Positions 57,163-64,000 of a DNA stretch of 64,000 nucleotides are shown piece after piece. The notes under the pieces are model-generated. The model saw only the letters and a program-made list of their open reading frames with translations, was not told where the DNA came from and did not search any database. The DNA is taken from assembly GCA_965227295.1 (NCBI GenBank), contig OZ245742.1, positions 1,664,001 to 1,728,000 on the forward strand, given 5' to 3'. The translations under genes were made by a program, and so were the position numbers. How positions within the stretch are numbered: position 1 is the first letter of the stretch; each line of letters begins with the position of its first letter. The DNA comes from Leptonemataceae bacterium. GTDB lineage: Bacteria; Spirochaetota; Leptospiria; Leptospirales; Leptonemataceae.

Positions 57163-60138
57163 TCACGGGATTTCCAGATCTTTGAGCTTATTGTAGAAGG
57201 TTGCACGCTTAATGCCCAGCAAACGCGCCGCCTTTTGTTTGTTCCCGTTGCTCGCGGAAAGGGCTTCTTCTATTATTAACTTCGAATAATCCCGCACCAG
57301 ATCATCGAAACTCTTCTGATGTATGGAGAGTTCCGGTGAAACTTCCGGCGCGCGAGAAACGCCTCCGAAGTTTGGCTGCTGCAACTGCCGCGGCAAATCC
57401 TCGACGCGCAGCGTCTCCGTGCCGGCGTGAATGAGCGCATGGATGATGGTGTTTTCCAGTTCACGAATGTTGCCGGGCCAGGTATACGAGCAGAGCGTAT
57501 CCAGCGCACGATGATCGATGCCGCTCACCGGCTCTCCCAGTTCTCCGGCGTACTTTTCAATAAAGTGATGCACCAGGGCCGGAATGTCTTCGGCCCGATC
57601 GCGCAAAGCGGGCACCTTGAGTTCCAGGACGGAGATGCGGTAATAAAGATCTTCCCGGAAGCGGCCCTGGCCTTGCTCTACGAAGAGGTCGCGATTCGTG
57701 GCGAACACGAAACGACAACGCGCCTCGATTACTTTATCACCGCCCAGGCGTTGGAAGCGACGTTCCTGCAGCAGGCGCAGGAGCTTCGGCTGAATTTCCA
57801 GGGGCATCTCGCCGATCTCGTCGAAGAACAACGTGCCGCCGGCAGCCTGTTCCACGCGCCCGGCGTGACTCTTTTTCGCGTCTGTAAAGGCGCCGCGTTC
57901 GTGGCCGAAGATTTCGGACTCCCACAAAGATGCCGGCACAGCCGCGCAGTTGATCGCCACAAAGGGGGCGTCGCTTTCCCCGGAGGCTCCGTGGAAGGTG
58001 CGAGCCACTAACTCTTTGCCGGTACCGGTTTGTCCGGAGATGAGCACCGGTTGCGAGCGTGTGCCGTAGCGCCGGGCGTCCTCGTAAATGCGCGCCATGG
58101 CCTCGCTGGCGTAGACGAGACTTTTGTTGTCGCCGACACTGCGGTGTTTGATCACCTCGCCCATGCCGCTTAAGTACTCCGAGAGTCGATGGATCTTCGC
58201 CTCGGCGCGTCCTTTGAGCCGGCGAATTTCTTCAAAGAGGACGGCGTTGCGAATGGCGAGGGCGAGGGAAAACCGAAAGCTTTCGAGCAGCATAATCTCA
58301 GACGTCTCGTAGAACAGGCCGCCCCGGCGCGGTCCCAGGACCAGGTACCCGAAGATCTCTTTGCGAAACGAAAGCGGGGCACAGAGCTGGAAGCCGTGCT
58401 CTTTTAACGCATCAATGACTCCGTAAATCGTTTCGATGGTACTCGCGTACTTCTCTTTCAACTCCGGGGCGTGATCAAAGGGCTGCCCCGAGTACGTTTC
58501 CAGGAGGATCACCGTATTGAGATACGGAAAGAGATCTTCCGGGGCTCGGAGGAAGCGCGCAACGAAGGCTTCGCCGCTGATGACTGCGCGCAGGCTGTCG
58601 GGGAAGTCGCCCGCGGAGTGCGCGCGATTTTCGCGATCGGCAATGATGATGAAGCCGCGCTCAAAATCCAGCAGCCGCCGCAACGTATCCAGGATGCGAT
58701 GCAGCAAAACATCGATGGCGCCGGCGTCGTTCGCGTCGCTGTTGTTCGTGTCGGTCGCTTCGTTGTCGCCGGCATCGAGGGCGAGCAGTTCGTCCTTGAT
58801 CGTTTCGGAGTTTCGCAGATGGTGAATCAGCTCCGCCTGATGCGCGTTGGCCAGGCGTTCCTGTTCCAGAGCCGCCTCCCGGGCGGCCAGGGTTTGTCGT
58901 CGCAATTCATTGTAACGATCGCCGACCGCGAGCGACAGGAAGATCGCCTCGGCCGCCGTGCCGGCCTGAAAGCCGTACTCCGTGATCGTCGTGCTCGGGA
59001 GCAGTCCCCATACTTTCAACGCGTACAACAGGCCGCCGAAGGACAGCGTATACCAGGCGAGCAGATAGAATCTTGCAAAGCGATGTCCGGCCCGCAGCGC
59101 GTACATTCCGGCGGCAATGATCAATACCACCGTACCCATGCCGAGCAGCACGGCGACGCGAATCAAGTAGAAGTAATCGATACCGGTGAAGGCCAGCGCC
59201 GCGGTCAGCAGGGCGGCCACCATGGCCGCGCGCACGAAGGCGTGCAGGCGCGGAGTGATTAACCGTAGATTCAGAAACGCCGTTGCGAACGCCAGCGAAA
59301 CGAAGATGGCCACCGAAAAGAAAAACGCCGTGGCCTCCCGGGCGATCCATAGCGACTCGAGTCCGAACCAGGCGAAAGCGAACTCACTCAACAGGCCGTT
59401 CAGTGAAAGTTGAAACAGTCCGTGCAACGTAACCAGGGTCGCCGCGTAGTACAGAAAACTCAAGTCACGCACCGAGACGAACAGGAAGATGTTGTAGATG
59501 AGTGTAACGGCAATGAGGCCGTAGTACAGACCGAGGCTGAAGCGCGTGTTCATGGTGTGCGCGTGGAAGTCCTCCGGTGAACGCAAGGCTAAAGGTACGT
59601 TGAGAGAATCTTTGCTGTGCACGCGCAGGTAGACGGTCCTGGTGGACCGGGGCGGAAACTCGATCGAAAACGCAAAGTTACGCTGCGCCGCGGCGTGGCG
59701 GCCGGCCATGCCGAAAAGGCGTCCCGCGCGTCCTGCGAGTTGCGGTTCGGCGTCGCGCGCGTCGAGAAGGAAGACGTGCACCGAGTCGAGCAGGGGATAA
59801 CCGATTTCCAGCAGGCGCCGGGCCGGGCGATCTCCGGGGTTGCGCACATCGAAACGCAACCACACGGCCTCGCGCACATAACCGAAGTTCGGCGTCGCCG
59901 CGGTGGTCGGACGAAACTCCGCCTGGCCGGCCAGAATCCCGGCGAGCACGGCCCTCACATGATCCGTTTCGGCGGCCGCGGGGCGTGCGGAGTCGGGTTC
60001 GATCCAGGAGGACGCGTGCAGACCGGGCGATCCACGCCCGGCCGTTGTCTCCAGCACGATGGAAGGCCCGGCGGAGTTCCGGCTGTCGCAGGCCGAAAAA
60101 GTCAGAAAGAGAAATACGAAGCAAATGCGGCGAGTCAT
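57163..60138 (-). CDS. Membrane-bound sigma54 enhancer-binding protein (7TM-DISM, GAF-like, AAA+, Fis HTH)
   Basis: NFGY...WLRF and GLYYG 7TM-DISM motifs; GQTGTGKE, GAFTDA, FDEIGEM, FREDLYYR, WPGNIRELEN, AARLLGI. Confidence 0.93.
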   Translation of the reverse strand: MTRRICFVFLFLTFSACDSRNSAGPSIVLETTAGRGSPGLHASSWIEPDSARPAAAETDHVRAVLAGILAGQAEFRPTTAATPNFGYVREAVWLRFDVRNPGDRPARRLLEIGYPLLDSVHVFLLDARDAEPQLAGRAGRLFGMAGRHAAAQRNFAFSIEFPPRSTRTVYLRVHSKDSLNVPLALRSPEDFHAHTMNTRFSLGLYYGLIAVTLIYNIFLFVSVRDLSFLYYAATLVTLHGLFQLSLNGLLSEFAFAWFGLESLWIAREATAFFFSVAIFVSLAFATAFLNLRLITPRLHAFVRAAMVAALLTAALAFTGIDYFYLIRVAVLLGMGTVVLIIAAGMYALRAGHRFARFYLLAWYTLSFGGLLYALKVWGLLPSTTITEYGFQAGTAAEAIFLSLAVGDRYNELRRQTLAAREAALEQERLANAHQAELIHHLRNSETIKDELLALDAGDNEATDTNNSDANDAGAIDVLLHRILDTLRRLLDFERGFIIIADRENRAHSAGDFPDSLRAVISGEAFVARFLRAPEDLFPYLNTVILLETYSGQPFDHAPELKEKYASTIETIYGVIDALKEHGFQLCAPLSFRKEIFGYLVLGPRRGGLFYETSEIMLLESFRFSLALAIRNAVLFEEIRRLKGRAEAKIHRLSEYLSGMGEVIKHRSVGDNKSLVYASEAMARIYEDARRYGTRSQPVLISGQTGTGKELVARTFHGASGESDAPFVAINCAAVPASLWESEIFGHERGAFTDAKKSHAGRVEQAAGGTLFFDEIGEMPLEIQPKLLRLLQERRFQRLGGDKVIEARCRFVFATNRDLFVEQGQGRFREDLYYRISVLELKVPALRDRAEDIPALVHHFIEKYAGELGEPVSGIDHRALDTLCSYTWPGNIRELENTIIHALIHAGTETLRVEDLPRQLQQPNFGGVSRAPEVSPELSIHQKSFDDLVRDYSKLIIEEALSASNGNKQKAARLLGIKRATFYNKLKDLEIP

Positions 60139-60180
60139 GAATCGGCGCCTCCTGGAATGGCGGGCACCGATGTTCGTGAA

Positions 60181-60271
60181 TTGTAGGAACTCTTACAAGT
60201 AAATTGTCTAAGATTCTGGATTTTCCAGAAAGTTGGAATCTAAAAAGCTGGAATTTCTAGAAATCTGGACA
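60181..60271. promoter_or_regulatory. Candidate upstream activator sequences: four tandem TCYAR-N4-YTGGA palindromes plus TTGTA-N8-TACAA
   Basis: Copies at 60207-60220, 60224-60237, 60239-60252 and 60256-60269; extra palindrome at 60181-60198. Confidence 0.65.
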
Positions 60272-60475
60272 GATTTCCAGGCGGGGCGACGCTCATTCTG
60301 GAAGGGATACCGGGAAAAGTCGAGGAAAACTCTCCACGATTCCACAAAAATGCGCCACATAACTGGATTATGTCACATTAGCTGCGCTACGGATAGGGCT
60401 TTCTTCAATAAAAGGACTCCATGCGTGTCTCTCCTCACGGGAAAAATCGCCGGGGCCAGTCGCCAGTCGCGCTCC

Positions 60476-60491
60476 TGGCACGGCGGTTGCA
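60476..60491 (+). promoter_or_regulatory. Sigma54 -24/-12 promoter of the lipase gene
   Basis: TGGCAC-GGCGG-TTGCA, exact consensus TGGCAC-N5-TTGCW. Confidence 0.9.
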
Positions 60492-60551
60492 GTAGCACAC
60501 CAGAACATCGCGGAGACAAACAGACCGCGGCAATGCATCAGGAGAATGAAC

Positions 60552-61484
60552 ATGCGAAACGTACTATCTCAAATCACCACGCTGGCCCTCGTCACAGGGC
60601 TTGCGCTGGCAACGACTCCGCTTTTCGCGGGCGGCGGCGGATCAAAGCCGCTCGACGGCAGCCATCCCATTGTGCTGTCCCACGGTCTCTTCGGCTGGGG
60701 CAACGATACCAGCGGTGCCATCAACATCGCCAACTACTGGGGCGGCATGGACGAGTATCTGCGTTCCCAGGGCGCGGCGGTCTACGTGCCGGCGAAATCC
60801 GCACTGGGCTCGAACGAGGTGCGCGCACAACAATTAAAAGACAAGCTCAATTACTGGATGGCCGCCAACGGTCATGGTAAGGTCCACATCATCGGTCACA
60901 GCCAGGGCGGCCTCGACAGTCGGTACATGACGGCAAACCTCGGTATGCGCAGCAAGGTCTCCACGCTCACGTCCCTCAACACGCCGCACCGCGGTTCACC
61001 CATCTCCGATCTCGTTTCGGGCACGCCGTCCTGGTTTCAGGGCGGACTCAGCGCCATCCTCGAAGTCCTGGCGACGCTCATCTACGGTGACGGCAATCAG
61101 AACGGCCTCGACGCCCTGGCGTCGCTCAGCATCGCGAACTCCAGCGCATTCAATCAATACACCCCGAACGCGTCCGGCGTGAAGTACTACAGCTACGGAT
61201 CGAAGATCACCATCCCCGACGCGATTCAACATCCGACCATGTTCCTGTTGCATCCGTTCTGCGGCGCGGGCGGCCTCTTCTACGGCCAGGGATTTTCCAA
61301 CGACGGACTCGTAAACCTCAGCTCCATGAAGTGGGGCACCTGGAAGGGCGGACCGAGCTACGGCATTCTCATCACCGGTATCGATCACCTGCAGGCGTCG
61401 AACACCTTCGGCCTCGGCGAACTGTGGTACGACGTGGAAGGTTACTTCCTCAAGATGGCGAAGAACGCGAAGGACAATCAGTAA
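60552..61484 (+). CDS. Secreted triacylglycerol lipase (alpha/beta hydrolase, family I-like)
   Basis: AGGAG RBS, signal peptide, PIVLSHGLFG, IGHSQGG, TPHRGS, NDGLV, DHL. Confidence 0.92.
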   Translation: MRNVLSQITTLALVTGLALATTPLFAGGGGSKPLDGSHPIVLSHGLFGWGNDTSGAINIANYWGGMDEYLRSQGAAVYVPAKSALGSNEVRAQQLKDKLNYWMAANGHGKVHIIGHSQGGLDSRYMTANLGMRSKVSTLTSLNTPHRGSPISDLVSGTPSWFQGGLSAILEVLATLIYGDGNQNGLDALASLSIANSSAFNQYTPNASGVKYYSYGSKITIPDAIQHPTMFLLHPFCGAGGLFYGQGFSNDGLVNLSSMKWGTWKGGPSYGILITGIDHLQASNTFGLGELWYDVEGYFLKMAKNAKDNQ

Positions 61485-61509
61485 TCTCGACGAACTCTCT
61501 GTGTTTTCG

Positions 61510-61542
61510 GCGGGCGGCTTCTCACGGGGCCGCCCGCTTTTT
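61510..61542 (+). terminator. Rho-independent terminator after the lipase gene
   Basis: GCGGGCGGC...GCCGCCCGC stem followed by TTTTT. Confidence 0.85.
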
Positions 61543-61578
61543 ACTTGTAGTCGTTTGCAGTGTGATGAGCCTTGCGCC

Positions 61579-63618
61579 ATGATCGATCGTCCTGCCGCGT
61601 CTCTCCACCGCGTCATCTTATACAAACATGGCATGGGTTACTTCGAACGCGAGGCCCGGGTTTCCGGCGACGCGATTGTTGAACTCGATTTCAAACAAAG
61701 TGAAATGAACGACGTGCTGAAGTCGCTCTCCGTCTACGATCTGGACGGCGGCTTGATCGCGAACGTCGCGTACGAAGGCGTGCGTCCCCTGTCCCGGGAG
61801 ATCGAAGACATCGGCATCGATCTTCCGGCGGCGGATGCGCTCACCGGTACCCTGGCGAACCTGCGCGGCGTGAGCGTGGCACTGAAGATCGGCAGCACGG
61901 AGGTTCGCGGCGACATCCTCGGCACCGAGACCATGCAACGGCACAACAAGGAGCGCGTGTGGAACGATAAACGCCTCAGCGTGCGTACCGCGGACGGAGC
62001 GATTCGCAGCTTCAGTCTGCTGGACATCGATGAGATCATACCTCTGGAAGAGCGCACGAACCGCGACCTCGCGCGCCTGCTGGACGTCCTCGTGTACTGG
62101 AAGAAGAAAGAAACGAAGCGCATTTCGATATTCGCGAAAGACAGCGCGTCCGGCGACGGCGGTGAGCGGCGGATCGTCGTCAGCTACGCCGTGGAGGCGC
62201 CGGTGTGGAAGACTTCGTATCGCATGCTGCTCCGCGAATCGCAGTCATTGATTCAGGGCTGGGCCCTCATCGACAACAATCACGACGAAGACTGGAGCGA
62301 CATTCGCTTATCGTTGGTCGCGGGCATGCCGGTTTCGTTTCGTCACGATCTCTACACTCCGCGCTACCGTCAGCGGCCGGAGATCCGCGTCGAAGAAGAA
62401 GCCGCCTACGGGGCGCCCGTCGTCGAGCGCGGCATGCCGGCGGCCGCGCCCGCGCGGGTGTTCGCGAAGACTCGCGGCGGCGCTGCGGAAGATCTTTCCA
62501 TGAACGAGATCGATGCTTTAATGAGTATTTCCGATGTCGCCGCCGATATGGGCGCCGCTCCTCATCTCGGCGAAGCCTTACAGCAGGTTGCGTCGATCAG
62601 CTCGCGGGAGACGGACTCCGGTAACTTTTACGTGTACGATGTTAACCTGCCCGTGTCCGTGGATCGAGGACAGTCGGCGTTGGTACCGATCCTGGCGGAA
62701 CGTTTCGAGGGCCGGCGCATCGCGCTCTACGATCAGCACATCCGTCCCGAGGGGCCCATGTCCGCGGTGCTCTTCGAGAATACAACGGGACTCACCCTCG
62801 AAGGCGGACCGGTGACGATCTTCGCCGAGGATAACGCCGAGTCCAGGGCGAGCGGTTACGTCGGCGAAGCCATGCTGAGTACATTAAAGGACGGCGAGCG
62901 GGCGTTTCTTCCGTACGCCGTGGAACCGGGCTGTCGCATCGAGATCGATCATCGGTCGCGGGAAGCCGGCGTCTTTCGCTGCGTTATCGTTCAGGGCAGC
63001 ATCACCCTGCATTACAAAGAAGTCGCGCGCACGATCTACAACATCGATAACAGCGCGAACAAACAGAACCTGGATCTGTATCTCGACCACGGCTTCCGCG
63101 AAGCCTGGGAACTCAGCGAGGGGCACATTGCACCGGAGGAACGCACGGCGTCCTCGTATCGCTTCCGCGTCGACGTACCCGCGGCGGGCGTGCATGTATT
63201 TGAAGTCGTCGAGGAAGGCCGTCACGCTCGCTACTATAAGGCCGGCGAACTGAGCGAATCGAGCGTATTGGAATATCACGCCGCCGGTTACTTCGACGAC
63301 GCCACCGCGCAGACGTTGCATGAGGCCCTGCAACTGGCGGTCCGAATCGCCCGGCTGAAAACGGACATCGAGGAACGGCGTTCGACGATCAAAGAGATCG
63401 AAACGAACCAGGGCCGGCTCCGGGAGAATCTCGGGAGTCTGGGCGAGCATGCCGAGGAACAGGAACTGCGTCGGCGCTACGTCGGTCGCCTGCGCGACGA
63501 TGAAGACAACCTCGAACGCCTGCGCGCGGAAATCGAAGATCTCTCCGGAAAGCTGCGCGAGATTCGCGAAGAACGCACGACTTTGTTGCAGAAGATCAGC
63601 CTTGATCGAAAACTGTAA
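61579..63618 (+). CDS. DUF4139-type protein with C-terminal coiled coil
   Basis: RVILYKHGMGYFER, MNDVLKSL, PVWKTSYR, QGWALIDN...EDW...LSLVAGMP, LEGGPVTI. Confidence 0.8.
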   Translation: MIDRPAASLHRVILYKHGMGYFEREARVSGDAIVELDFKQSEMNDVLKSLSVYDLDGGLIANVAYEGVRPLSREIEDIGIDLPAADALTGTLANLRGVSVALKIGSTEVRGDILGTETMQRHNKERVWNDKRLSVRTADGAIRSFSLLDIDEIIPLEERTNRDLARLLDVLVYWKKKETKRISIFAKDSASGDGGERRIVVSYAVEAPVWKTSYRMLLRESQSLIQGWALIDNNHDEDWSDIRLSLVAGMPVSFRHDLYTPRYRQRPEIRVEEEAAYGAPVVERGMPAAAPARVFAKTRGGAAEDLSMNEIDALMSISDVAADMGAAPHLGEALQQVASISSRETDSGNFYVYDVNLPVSVDRGQSALVPILAERFEGRRIALYDQHIRPEGPMSAVLFENTTGLTLEGGPVTIFAEDNAESRASGYVGEAMLSTLKDGERAFLPYAVEPGCRIEIDHRSREAGVFRCVIVQGSITLHYKEVARTIYNIDNSANKQNLDLYLDHGFREAWELSEGHIAPEERTASSYRFRVDVPAAGVHVFEVVEEGRHARYYKAGELSESSVLEYHAAGYFDDATAQTLHEALQLAVRIARLKTDIEERRSTIKEIETNQGRLRENLGSLGEHAEEQELRRRYVGRLRDDEDNLERLRAEIEDLSGKLREIREERTTLLQKISLDRKL

Positions 63619-63673
63619 TCTTTCGTTCTAGCAAATCGGTTGATCAAAACACCGCGCATGTTAAACTAATACG

Positions 63674-64000
63674 ATGCCCGCGCGCGTATTGATCTCCGAG
63701 TTTTTACAAAAGGAAATCCCGAAACTCATTCGGGCCGTGCGGCGTCACGGGCGCACCGTGGCGAACAATCCGGAGCGCCTGGAGCCGGGCGGCGACGCGT
63801 CCGTCGCGCGCATGAACGAGGCCGTGCACGACTTCCGCGTGAACGTCCGTCGCCTGCGCTGTGTTTTCAAAACAGTCACCCCGGTCTACGGAAACTTTTT
63901 CAGCGGTTACTTTCGCACGGCGTTGAAAAAAATCCAGGACGCCACCGGGGAACTGCGCGACGTCGAGGTCCTGGCCGATCATTTACAATCGAAGAGCATT
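63674..64000 (+). CDS. CHAD domain protein (polyphosphate-binding), truncated by the window end
   Basis: My translation, absent from the ORF track: MPARVLISEF...EAVHDFRVNVRRLR...LKKIQDATGELRDVEVL. Confidence 0.85.
   Translation, partial: MPARVLISEFLQKEIPKLIRAVRRHGRTVANNPERLEPGGDASVARMNEAVHDFRVNVRRLRCVFKTVTPVYGNFFSGYFRTALKKIQDATGELRDVEVLADHLQSKSI

Noticed and set aside
60207-60269. CRISPR-like array
   Set aside because: Units are 14 bp with 1-3 bp gaps, no spacers and no cas genes; better explained as activator sites

Overview
GC-rich bacterial chromosomal segment with about 46 CDS. I recognised no rRNA, tRNA, CRISPR array, integrase or transposase. The gene repertoire (7TM-DISM sensors, three SpoIIE/PP2C phosphatases, class III adenylate cyclases, a FecR lipoprotein, an HDOD protein and many lipobox proteins) suggests a free-living Leptospirales-like spirochaete; this is inference. 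Housekeeping genes (ilvE, pepN, ald, purF, lepB) are interspersed with signalling genes. Most notable: (1) an orphan ~1930-aa DUF6519 eCIS/phage-type tail fibre carrying seven EAR/EPTP (LGI1/TSPEAR-like) repeats and a C1q-like tip, followed by a tail-fibre chaperone and a pentapeptide-repeat membrane protein; (2) an NsrR-like regulator with its own operator, translationally coupled to a FixL-type PAS adenylate cyclase; (3) an AT-richer two-gene cassette encoding a PD-(D/E)XK nuclease and a small repeat protein; (4) a membrane-bound sigma54 activator divergent from a lipase, with a consensus -24/-12 promoter and four tandem palindromes; (5) a dispersed CCGAGG-triplet REP-like inverted repeat family. 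All domain calls come from motif recognition by eye, not database searches. Several start codons were moved from the ORF track to more plausible downstream starts.
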